Position numbers and translations under genes: made by a program. Of a stretch of DNA of 64,000 nucleotides, positions 21,355 to 31,800 are shown piece after piece. Every line of letters starts with the position of its first letter. The first letter of the stretch is position 1. Source of the stretch: Verrucomicrobiota bacterium (GTDB lineage: Bacteria; Verrucomicrobiota; Verrucomicrobiia; Limisphaerales; UBA11320); contig JACQFQ010000013.1 of NCBI GenBank assembly GCA_016199985.1, positions 5,756 to 69,755 on the forward strand, in the 5' to 3' direction. Under the pieces are notes generated by a model. That model made no database searches, was not told the origin of the DNA, and saw only the letters and a program-made list of their open reading frames with translations.

Positions 21355-23781
21355 TTGAGAAGTTTTCCTACAGCCCGCGGCTTTCGATCCCACCCGAGGC
21401 GCCGGGCTGCCCCGTCGCTTTTTTTCGCGTCCTTCCTGCTGGCGCTGTCCATAGCTGACCTCCACGCCGCTTCTCCCCCGGATCCGGCGCTTTCCAGGAT
21501 GATTGACCAACACAGCGTCATCCCCGTGTTCCTGCGCCATTGCACAGCCTGTCATGGGGGCAATTTGAAGGAGGCCGGGCTCGATCTCCGAACGGTGAGC
21601 GCGATTCTGCGAGCAGGAAAACAGGGATCCAACGTGGTTGTCGGATACCCCGATCAAAGCCCGTTGATTCGCCGGATCCGAGACGGAAAGTGCCCTCCGA
21701 ATAAGCGCCTGGTGGAGGCCGGCGTGAAGCCGGTTTCTTCCCCCGAGATAGAAAGGATAGAAGCATGGATTGCCGCCGGGTGTCCCGAGAGCGGACCCAA
21801 GGCCGATGTCGCGGGTTCACCGGAAGATCCATTGGTCCGGGAGAAGGATCGCGACTTCTGGGCCTTTCGCCCCCCCTCCCGGCCTTCCCTCCCGGCCACA
21901 GTCCCCAAGGAGGAGGCCAGAAACCCGATCGATGCGTTTCTTCTCCGACGCTTGCGAGAGAAGGGTCTCGGTTTCTCCCCCGAGGCCCCGAAGCAGGCCT
22001 TGCTACGGCGGTTGGCGTTTGACCTCACCGGACTGCCACCGACTCCTGAGGAGGTGGAGAGCTTTCTGGCCGATGATTCTCCATCCGCCTACGAGACGCG
22101 CGTCGACCGCTATCTGGCTTCGCCCCGATACGGCGAGCGATGGGGACGCTACTGGCTGGATGTAGCGGGCTACTCCGACACAGAGGGACGCCGCGAGCAG
22201 CATCTTCCGCGGCCATTCGCCTACCGGTATCGCGACTATGTCATCCGGGCATTGAACGCGGACAAACCTTACGATCGCTTTCTGCTGGAACAGATCGCGG
22301 GCGATGAGCTTGCGGACTATCGCGGCGCGGCGGAGATCACCCAGGAGATCGAGGACAATCTCGTCGCGACCGCGTTCTTGCGCATGGGGCCGGATCCGAC
22401 TTGGGCCAACATCACCGGCTTTGTCCCCGATCGACTTGAGATCATCTCCGACGCGATTGAAGTGCTTGGCTCGGGGGTCATGGGCCTCACGATGAAGTGC
22501 GCCCGCTGCCACGACCACAAGTTCGACCCGCTGCCGCAGCGCGATTTCTTTCGTTTGGCGGATTTGCTCAAGGGCGCTCTGGACGAATACAACTGGCTCA
22601 AGCCCGATCTCCGCTCCTTCGGAGGAGCGGCGAATGTGGGGCCATTGAAGGAACGCTCTCTTCCCTTCGTTAGGGTGGAGGAGCGAAAGGCGTGGCAAGC
22701 GGAGGTCGCCGCTGGAAAGAAGCCGCAGGAGCCCAGAATCGCCGCGCTCTGGGATCAGGGGGATCCGTCACCCACCTATATTTATCGTCGCGGAGACCCG
22801 GATCAGCCCGGCGCGCCGGTTATCGGAGGTGTTCCGGCGGTGCTGATGCAACCCGGAGAGAAATTCGAGGTCGCGCCTCCCTGGCCCGGGGCGGGGACGA
22901 CGGGCCGTCGTCTCGCGCTGGCCCGGTGGCTCGTCCGGCCCAACCATCCACTGACAGCGCGCGTGATGGTGAATCGCGTTTGGAAGATCCACATGGGCCA
23001 GGGACTCGCCCGAAGTCCCGGCAATTTCGGACGCGCGGCGACGCCCCCGAGCCACCCCGAGCTGCTCGATTGGCTGGCCACGGAGTTTGTGCGCGAAGGG
23101 TGGAGCCTGAAGGCGTTGCACCGGCGGATCGTCACGTCGCGCGCCTATCGCCAAACGTCGGAGATCTCCGCGCTCTCCCTGCAGCGCGATCCGGACAATG
23201 AATGTCTCTCACGGATGCCGCTGCGGCGTCTCGAGGCCGAGGCGATCTGGGACATCTCGGTGTGGGTGGCGGGGCGGTTGGACGACAAGCGTTACGGGCC
23301 TCCTGTGGCGGTCGTGACGCACCAGTCGGGCGTGATCACGCCGGGGAAAACCGGCGCCCGATGGCGACGCAGCGTGTATGGGGAACAGCGGCGCCGGGAC
23401 ATCCCCACGGTTCTGGAGCTGTTCGACCCGGCGCAATTGAATCCCAATTGCCTCGAGCGATCGGAATCCATCGTCGCGCCCCAGGCGTTGCATCTGATGA
23501 ACGATGAAGTCCAGCAGGAGCTCGCGGAGCATTTTGCGAGCAGGGTTCTGAGCGAAGCGGGACGCCAGCCGGATCGCCAGGTCGAGCGCGCGTATCTTCT
23601 CGCGTTCGCTCGTCCGCCTTCCCAGGCCGAGGCCCGGCGCTCCATCGCATGGCTCGATCGCGCGGCGCAGCTCTCGGTTGCGGCGCCAACCGGCGACGGC
23701 GGCGCGAGCGCCCCTCTTTCCGCGTTGACCTTGTTCTGCCATGCCCTGATGAATGCGGCTGAGTTTATTTACGTGGATTGA
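21355..23781 (+). CDS. Planctomycete cytochrome c / DUF1549 (PSCyt2) / DUF1553 (PSD1) domain protein
   Basis: Signal-like N-terminus, CTACH and CARCH heme motifs, NPIDAF, RRLAFDLTGLPPT, YGERWGRYWLD, HPLTARVMVNRVW, PSHPELLDWLA, PQALHLMN. TTG start uncertain. Confidence 0.92.
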   Translation: MRSFPTARGFRSHPRRRAAPSLFFASFLLALSIADLHAASPPDPALSRMIDQHSVIPVFLRHCTACHGGNLKEAGLDLRTVSAILRAGKQGSNVVVGYPDQSPLIRRIRDGKCPPNKRLVEAGVKPVSSPEIERIEAWIAAGCPESGPKADVAGSPEDPLVREKDRDFWAFRPPSRPSLPATVPKEEARNPIDAFLLRRLREKGLGFSPEAPKQALLRRLAFDLTGLPPTPEEVESFLADDSPSAYETRVDRYLASPRYGERWGRYWLDVAGYSDTEGRREQHLPRPFAYRYRDYVIRALNADKPYDRFLLEQIAGDELADYRGAAEITQEIEDNLVATAFLRMGPDPTWANITGFVPDRLEIISDAIEVLGSGVMGLTMKCARCHDHKFDPLPQRDFFRLADLLKGALDEYNWLKPDLRSFGGAANVGPLKERSLPFVRVEERKAWQAEVAAGKKPQEPRIAALWDQGDPSPTYIYRRGDPDQPGAPVIGGVPAVLMQPGEKFEVAPPWPGAGTTGRRLALARWLVRPNHPLTARVMVNRVWKIHMGQGLARSPGNFGRAATPPSHPELLDWLATEFVREGWSLKALHRRIVTSRAYRQTSEISALSLQRDPDNECLSRMPLRRLEAEAIWDISVWVAGRLDDKRYGPPVAVVTHQSGVITPGKTGARWRRSVYGEQRRRDIPTVLELFDPAQLNPNCLERSESIVAPQALHLMNDEVQQELAEHFASRVLSEAGRQPDRQVERAYLLAFARPPSQAEARRSIAWLDRAAQLSVAAPTGDGGASAPLSALTLFCHALMNAAEFIYVD

Positions 23782-23784
23782 TGC

Positions 23785-25257
23785 ATGAGCCGCCGCGCGC
23801 AACTGAACGAACCCAATCCCCTCGCCCCGCCCTGGGGCTTGATGAACCGTCGCTCCTGGTGCGAGCGGATGACGGGAGGATTGTATGTCGCGGCGCTGAG
23901 CCACCTTTTCGGCGGCCAGCCTTCACAGGCCGCGGACACAAGCGACGCGGAGCCTGCGGGGCGGCCGCATCACGCGCCCCGCGCTCGCTCGGTGATTCAG
24001 CTGTTCATGAACGGAGGGCCAAGCCAGATGGACCTCTTCGATCCGAAGCCATTCCTGGATCGTCATCATGGGGAGTCCTACTTCGACAAGATCGCGGGAG
24101 AGGTGGAGAACATCGGCTCCGCGGGCAGCCTTCTTCGAAGCCCGTTTCGCTTTGAGCAGCGTGGCCAGTCTGGCATCTGGATGAGCGAGCTGCTTCCGCA
24201 TCTGGCGAAGCAGGCTGACGAGCTCACCGTCATTCGTTCGATGTTCACCACGAGCATCACCCATGAACCGGCGCTCTATCGGATCCATAGCGGACAGCTT
24301 CGCTCCGGATATCCCACCATCGGCTCGTGGGTGGTGTATGGATTGGGATCGGAGAACCAGAATCTGCCCGCGTATGTCGTGCTGGACGATCCGGGCGGCA
24401 TGCCCGTGAACGGCGTCGAGAATTGGACGGCGGGCTTCCTGCCGCCCGTTCACCAGGGCACTCGGTTCCGATCCCAAGGCGCGCCGGTCCTGAATCTTCA
24501 CCCGTCCCGCAAGACCTCCGAAGCAGCGTCGGCGATCGAACGCGGACTCCTGCGCGAGCTCGATCAGGAGCATCTGCGGGGACATCCGCGCCAGCCGCGG
24601 CTGGGCGCGCGCATCGCCTCGTATGAGCTCGCGGCCAGGATGCAGCTGGCGGCGGACGAGGCGCTGGACGTGTCGTCGGAGCCGGAGTCGCTGCGGAGGG
24701 CGTACGGCATTGGGCAGGCGGCCACGGACTCCTATGGGAAGCGCTGTCTCATCGCGCGTCGACTGGTGGAACGGGGCGTTCGTTTTGTGCAGATCTTCAT
24801 TAGCGGACAGATCTGGGATCACCACGCCGGAATTCAGTCAGGGCTCATCTCGGCCTGCGGCGGCACCGATTTGCCGATCGCGGCTTTGCTGGAGGACCTG
24901 AAGCAGCGCGGGCTTCTGGAGAGCACGCTGGTGGTGTGGGGCGGGGAGTTTGGGCGTCTGCCGATCGCCCAACTGACCGAGGACAAGAGCGACGCCAAGG
25001 CGGGTCGGGACCACAACAAGAACGCGTTCACCACCTGGATGGCCGGCGCCGGAGTGAAGCGCGGATTCGTCCTGGGCGAGACCGATGAACTGGGTCTGGC
25101 GGCGGTGAAAGACAAAGTGAGCGTCCCCGATTGGCATGCGACGCTGCTCCATTTGCTCGGATTGAACTACGACGCGCTTCATATCGAGCGCAACGGCTTG
25201 AAAGAGCGATTGACAGGAGTGACTGACGCCCGAGTCGTGCGAGAGATCCTCGCCTAA
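23785..25257 (+). CDS. DUF1501 family protein
   Basis: LFMNGGPSQMDLFDPKP, GSENQNLPAYVVL, ARRLVERGVRFVQ, WDHH, GEFGR, GRDHN; usual partner downstream of a PSD1 gene. Confidence 0.93.
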   Translation: MSRRAQLNEPNPLAPPWGLMNRRSWCERMTGGLYVAALSHLFGGQPSQAADTSDAEPAGRPHHAPRARSVIQLFMNGGPSQMDLFDPKPFLDRHHGESYFDKIAGEVENIGSAGSLLRSPFRFEQRGQSGIWMSELLPHLAKQADELTVIRSMFTTSITHEPALYRIHSGQLRSGYPTIGSWVVYGLGSENQNLPAYVVLDDPGGMPVNGVENWTAGFLPPVHQGTRFRSQGAPVLNLHPSRKTSEAASAIERGLLRELDQEHLRGHPRQPRLGARIASYELAARMQLAADEALDVSSEPESLRRAYGIGQAATDSYGKRCLIARRLVERGVRFVQIFISGQIWDHHAGIQSGLISACGGTDLPIAALLEDLKQRGLLESTLVVWGGEFGRLPIAQLTEDKSDAKAGRDHNKNAFTTWMAGAGVKRGFVLGETDELGLAAVKDKVSVPDWHATLLHLLGLNYDALHIERNGLKERLTGVTDARVVREILA

Positions 25258-25337
25258 CCTCAATGCCGTTAGGGCCAATGCCTGTAGGCCAAAAAGAGAT
25301 TGGTGTGTAATTCACAAAGCGGGCTGGACCAGATGGG

Positions 25338-25615
25338 GAGGGCCAAAGGCTCGATCACAAGCCAGCCCAGGGCAACGCCCTGGGTTCATCGTCACAGCAT
25401 GACCGCAAGCCCTGAAAGGGCGTCGCAACCCATTGTCAACCGAATCAAATAGGCGTTACAATTTCCGGCATGCCGCAATCACTGGCGAGGGTCGTTCTTC
25501 ACATTGTCTTCAGGATTGAAGTCCATTGTGCCGCCCCGTTGGGGCTGACCCTCCCAACGACGGGCCTACCCAGGGCTTTGCCCTGGGCTGGCTTGTGATC
25601 GGGCCTTTGGCCCTC
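25338..25615. mobile_element. REP-like inverted-repeat element enclosing an internally deleted IS200-like (RAYT/TnpA) transposase start
   Basis: 48-bp arms 25338-25385 and 25568-25615 are reverse complements with 2 mismatches, each containing CCCAGGGC-N-GCCCTGGG. Inner palindromes at ~25408-25422 and ~25532-25546. ATG 25470 reads MPQSLARVVLHIVF. Confidence 0.72.
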
Positions 25616-25886
25616 CTGGACTGGACTCGTCCGCTCAACCTCACTCTCCAAATCCGTAGGCGGTGATCCAGCACGACGCCCCACCGGAGCGGCCGGGGAC
25701 ATGGTAGGACGCCAGGACATGAAACGAATCCTCCTTGATACCGGCGGGCCAAAGACGAAGGCCGAACTCTCATCCTGTCTGCTCTGGCCAGTGGGGCCGA
25801 TCTTGAGGCCGCTGACCGGGAGTTGCGCGTCAGGCAGGCGCCGATGAGCTCTGCCCATAAAACAAGGGCCATCGCGGCTTTGTGTC

Positions 25887-28800
25887 CTACTGTCTCGGAG
25901 TGACCACGCGGAGGTAGCGCTGCGGGCCGTCGAGCGGGACGGGCAGCGACGGGGTCCAATTGCTTCCACGCGCCGAGAAGTCCACCCAGCGCAGCCATTG
26001 GGCGGCGGGCAGGGCTTCGGAGTACTGAACCGAGTAGGTGTGATTGGAAACCGCGTCGAACGCCACCGAAACGCCCCCTCCTAAACCCACGGGCCTCAGC
26101 CGCAAAACGCTCAGGGCGTTCGTCGGATTCGTCCCGGCGAGATACTCCTGCAGGTTCGACATCCCATCATGATCGAAATCCTCGGACAGATTGCCCGCTC
26201 CGAATCCAAAAGCCGCCTCCCACGCGTCCGAAACCCCGTCGCCATTCTTGTCCTCCACAATCGCGAGAAAAGCCTTCGCGCTGATGAAGCCCGCCGTCCG
26301 CGACAAGTTTGTGACCAGAACGCTGAAGTTTGTCGCCGTCGCTTGAACATTCGTGACGGTGAAGAAGGAGGTGCGATCGTTGAGCACAACGAATCCTCCC
26401 GGAATGTTCGTGTCGTTGCGGCGCCAGCGATATCCGATGGGGAGCGTGGCGGTGTTGGTCACTTCAACGCTCAGGATCACGGAGGAACCGGCGATGACGG
26501 GCTGACTGACCGGGTTCTGCACGATGAGAGGATCGATCAAGAGATTCAACGCCGCCTCGACGCTCTCCACGCCTCCGACGCGATCCTGGACCGTCGCCTG
26601 ATAGGTTCCGACGTCCTTGAGCTGAACGTTCGTGACAACGAGGCTCGCGCTCGTCGCCAGGTCCAGGGTCTTCCCCTGGAACCGCCATTGATAGCGAACC
26701 GGACCATCGCCCGCCGCGACAACCGTGAACGTCGCCTTGGCTCCAGGCCTTGCGTACTGGTTCGCGGGCTGCACGTAGATTGTGGGAGGCTGAAGGACGG
26801 TGAGCGACGCAACGCCGCTGGCGACCGCGCCAAACTCATTGAACACCACGACCGAATAATTCCCGGCGTCCTGCGGTCTCGCGCGATCGATGATCCAATC
26901 GGGAGCCGCGCCGGAATCCAACGGCGCCCCGTTGAATCGCCATTGAAAACGAAGCGGGCCCGGGCCGGTGGCGCCAACACTGAACACCACCCTCTCCCCA
27001 ACCCGGACACTGCGTCCCTGCGGCTGGCTCGAGAGAGCCGGAGCGCTTCCTCCGATGAACTCGGTCCCGGGCGTCGACAGCGCGGCCTGCCAGTTGGCGG
27101 GGTCGTTCCCGTAAGCCAGCGGGTTTTTGCGTTGGAGCGAAGGCCCGGCTCCATCGGCTTCGGGCGGCCATGGCGCGTGATCGTTGTAGCGCACTCCATC
27201 CACGGTGATGTAAGCGACGCCGGCGGCGTCAGGCAGGTCGGGCCGCTGCAAATCAATCCGCTCGCCGCTGTCCTGAAGCGCTCCGGAGTAGGGACCGAAG
27301 ATTCGCGTCTTTGCCGGAACAGTCTCCTGGGCACGGAAGGCCGCGGGCGTAACGGGAGCCATCACGATGATCTCCCCAGGGGCAAGCGTGGTGTTCAGGG
27401 GGAAATCGTATCCGACGCCGCTCAAACGCCACGTGTTGGTGGGATGCGCGGGATCGAAGAGCGGAACCGCGTCGAGGGAGATGTTCTTCAACTCGATGAA
27501 CTCGAGCGCCGGGGCGGCGGGATTGTAGTGGATCTCCGTGATCACGACCGGCCCGATCAGGGGTCCGGCGTTCGCGTCGAGAGGCGTGGCCGATGTCTGC
27601 AACGCGAACTGCTCCTCTCCCGTGCTGATCACCATGCGGCCCAGCGTTCCGCCCTGCGGCGCGGCCCCGAACGCGAAGCCATGGCTGAATCCCGTGAGCC
27701 GGCCCCCGGTGTCCGCCGAGAAAATATAAACGGAATCCCCGCGAGAACTGAGCGCGAACGCGTTGGTTCCCGCGAGCGGGTTGTTGAACTCCGGTTCCGC
27801 GAACAAGGCGTAGCTGAAAGGGGCGATGGTGGTCGACGAGGGGATCGTGAATTTTCCGGGAATTGCGGGATCGTCGGTGAGGAACCAGCCGCCGATGTCC
27901 ACTCGCTCCGAGGTGGGATTGAAAAGCTCGATGTAATCAGAGCCCAGAGGCGAGTGCGTCAGCGCCTCGTTGACCAGCACGCGTGGGATTGCGGGTGTTG
28001 GATCAACGGCGCCTGGCGAGCCTCCCGCCGCCCCGCTCGCGCGCCAGACAGCGGGATCGTTCATCGTTGTCGAATCGCTTCCGGCGAACACGAGGGAGAA
28101 GCCCATCTCGCGCGCGGTCGCCGGCCATGGCGCAAGAACCTCATAGGAGAATGAAAACACAGTTCCGCCCAGCGGATGCGACAGAGCGATGGTCTCGCCC
28201 GCGTTGTCGAGCTTCCCCTCGTATTTTCCGTACACCGCAACGCCAGGATACCGCTTCGCGAAGGCCGCGGGATTGCGAGCCAGGATCAAATACCCCCCCG
28301 CGGCCAGCTGAGCGTCGGCGCTGAACGTGTAGGTGATCCCGCGCGTGAATTGCAGCCCCGCGAGACGGAGCGATGTGGGCCCGGCGTTGTGCAGTTCGAT
28401 GAACTCGAACTCCGCGCCGTCCGTAAGGCCGTCCGGAAGCGGCGCGTACATCAGTTCCGACACCACCAGGCGGCTGAGATCCTGCGGCGGAAAGAATGTC
28501 GCCTCCATGACCGCGCTCCAGTCCTTGCCGCTGAGGACCCGCGCGCGCACTTGTGTGGGAGCGTTGATCGCAATGGGGCCGGCGTAGACTTGAGCCGTGT
28601 CGCCGGCGGCGCCCCCCGCACGCCGAGGATCGGATCCATCCAGCGTGTAGAAGAGGGTGGCGCCCGGGGTGCCCTGGGTGATCTCAAGCGCGTAGCCCGC
28701 GGGCACGTTCCCCCCGAGCTGGGAGAACGCGGGAGGCTTCACGGCCGGGTACAGGCTGTCGTCCTTCAGCTGCTGCAAAACGATGACGGTTCTGGGCGGG

Positions 28801-31800
28801 AACCAATTCCGCACGATGTTCGTGATCTCCGCGTACCAGTCCGCCTCCAGATAGGGAGGCTCCTTCTTCGCGTCGCCCCAGCGGGCGGAGTACGCCCGGA
28901 TCGCCCGGGTGATCTGCGACGCCTTTCCCATGAATCGTCCCACGCCCGCCTCGGAGGTCAGCGCTCCTCCATTGAAGAAGTGGCGCTGCACGTGGTCGGC
29001 GAATCGGAGGCGGTATTCGGCGTTGCGCATCAGATCCTCGTGGATCCATTGAGGATTCGCGTAAGCGAGCAGATTCTGGTTTGGGCTGGGGAACGGGCCT
29101 GTGCGATCCACCTGGCTGTTCGCCGCGCCCAGCGTGTGCTCTGCGTCCGAATTGAAAAAGATGAAGCCGCGATCCGGGTTCGTCCGGTCGCGCATCCCAA
29201 ACCAGTTGTTCGGCATCGCGTTGCCCAGAAACGAGGACAGGGTGGCGTCGCCGTCGCCCGTGTAAAAAATCACGAGCATGTAATCGATCAGGTTGTCGAC
29301 GTCCACCATCACCGGAAGCGCGGGATTGCGGCTCCCGTCCGCGTTGCGGCCCAGGATCGAGAAATATCGCGCGTTGGACGCGTTCGTGGAAAGCGATCGC
29401 GCCATGCTCCACAAATTGGAGAAGGCGAGCATCGTTCCGTCCGTGGCCTCCGTGACGAATCCCTGGGCATGATTCCCGCACTTCACCACGTCGTAATCCT
29501 CCTTGTTGCCGCCCAGATAGGTCGCGCCGTAGGACGCCTCGGGGCGCTCGTCCGTTTCGTAAAGGCCCCAATACTGCCCGTTCAGATAGAGATGATAGTA
29601 GCGGGACCGACGATAGGGCTGACCCAGGGCGCCGAGCGTCTGACGCGAGAACACCTCGCGCACCATCGTCTCCTGCTTCCCTATGCTCGGATCCGACTCC
29701 GTCGACCACGCGTAGTTCTGGCTCGAACGAAGATCAAACCCGTCAAATTCAGTGGCGCCCTGATCCTCGAACATCGGATACCGAAGCTTCCCCACCCCGT
29801 ACTCCGAGCGGAAAAAAACGCGGAGCGAATGCTTCACATACTGAACATTGCGACTATAGCCGCCGCGAACGCGAAGGCCGCAGTTTTCCTGGAATCTCCC
29901 GGGGACGGCGTTCGTGGGATCCAACAGCTCGATCGACCCCGGCCGCTCCCACTCCGAGCCGTGCTGCAGAGCGTTGGCGTAGATGCCGCTGCTCGCGTCG
30001 AACAGATTCTCCATCTCTGTGACGATAGAGACAGAGGGGATCTGGGTGAGGGCCTCCTTCCACTCCGCAAGGGTGTAGAGGTTGACCACGTTGGGATCCA
30101 TCCCGTAGTCCACGCTGTTGGCGCCCCAGGTCGCGGGGAAGTGGGGAGGCGCCGCGCCCGTGGGCGCCTGATGAATTACGTCCGCAAGAAAGAGGTACGT
30201 ATGGGTGTCCACGTTGCTGGGCTTCCACTGATCACGAAAGGCCCGCGCGCGCAGGACGGTTGTGTTCGTGATCGTGATCGGCCCGGTGTAGAGTTGGCCG
30301 CGGCCGGGCTCCGGCTCGGCGCAATCGACCGAATAATAGATCACGGCGTCCGGTGTGGCCGATGTGATGGAGAGAGAAAAGGGAGCGTCGAAGAATCCGC
30401 GATCCACGCTAAAGCGCGTGTCCGCCACCTCGCCAAAATAGTACGCGCTCTCGTTTCTCTGTCCTGGCGTCGGGCTTGAAAGAAAAGCGTTCGGAGAGCT
30501 CTCGATGACGGTGGAGACGAGCTCGGGCTGAAAGAGAAGATTCCCGTCGGCCGCCTTCGTGTTCAGGACTTGAACCGCCAGGACATTGGCGCCGGGGACA
30601 AGAAGGGATCGCGAGGAGAACAAATCGATGGTTTCCGCGGCGAGGGCTTGCGCCACGTCGCGCTTCGCCGTCGCCGTCGAGTTCCACGCGGGAACGGCGG
30701 GAGCGTTCCGATCCAGCACGCGGACGCCGTTCAGATACAGGATAAACCCGTCGTCGTACCGAACCCGCAACGAGAGCGCGTTCAGCGCCGACGGATCCGT
30801 GACCACGAAAGGCAACCGCGCAAACGCTGAAGCCGTACGACCCAGCATCTGCGCCTGCAGATCGGTGCGGATGTAAGGCCGATAGCCCGCAACGTCGCTG
30901 CCGAGCACACTCACCTCGCCGAGGGAAATCACCGCGCCTTCGTTCCCGTCCCCCTGCCCTCCCGAGCCGGACAAATCGGGATCCGGCGTTCGACGGACCC
31001 GCACGAATTGTCCGATCACGGGCGAATCGGAGAGCTCCACAGCCAGTTTGTCGGGTCCCGCGGGCGCTGTGTAGCGCGCGTTCTCGGCGTTGAGAAGCGG
31101 CGATTGATAGAGGACCGTGTTGGTGTCCGCGGCCAGCACTTCCACCGTGATATCGCGCAGGCGCGAACCGCAGCAGCCGTCGCCTCGATTGTACAGCGTC
31201 ACCGACTTGACCCACGCCATTCGCCCCAGGTTCAGCATCCAAAAGGGATTCGCATCGGTTCCGAGAGTATGAGTGAAGTCGGTCAGAAGCCCGTTGATGG
31301 CCAGGCCAGCCGCATAACCTCCGAGAGTGGTGGATTGAGTCGCCGTCGGCGCCGGGTTTCCAACGCGGGCGAGGTTCACGTCGGTGGACGACTTCGGAAT
31401 CCCGTTCACCTCCACTTCGGCGAGCGAGAGAGTCGCGATCTCATCGGAGCCCCCCTGCCCTCCTGAGCCGGACAAATCCGGATCCGCCCTGCGGGAAACC
31501 CGGATCACCTGCCCGTCCACCGGCCCTCCGGCGAGTTGGACAAGGTCGAGAACAATGGAATCGGGGCCGGCGGGGAACAGACGCCCGGCGTTTTCGCCGT
31601 TCAGGAGGCTGGACGTGAAATTCGTCGTGGTCCTGTTCGTGTTCATGATGTCGATCGTGATGTCGCGGAGCCGGGACGCGCAGCAACCCGAGGAGCGATT
31701 CCGCAGGACAACGCTCTGGATGGAGGCGTCGGTGCTCAAGGTCACCTGCCAGAAAGGCGCGGTGTCCGTCGCGAGGGTTTGGGTGAAATCGGTCACGGCG

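Noticed and set aside
26169-30479. Plus-strand ORFs of 661 and 767 aa
   Set aside because: Antisense shadows of the CotH/LTD gene.
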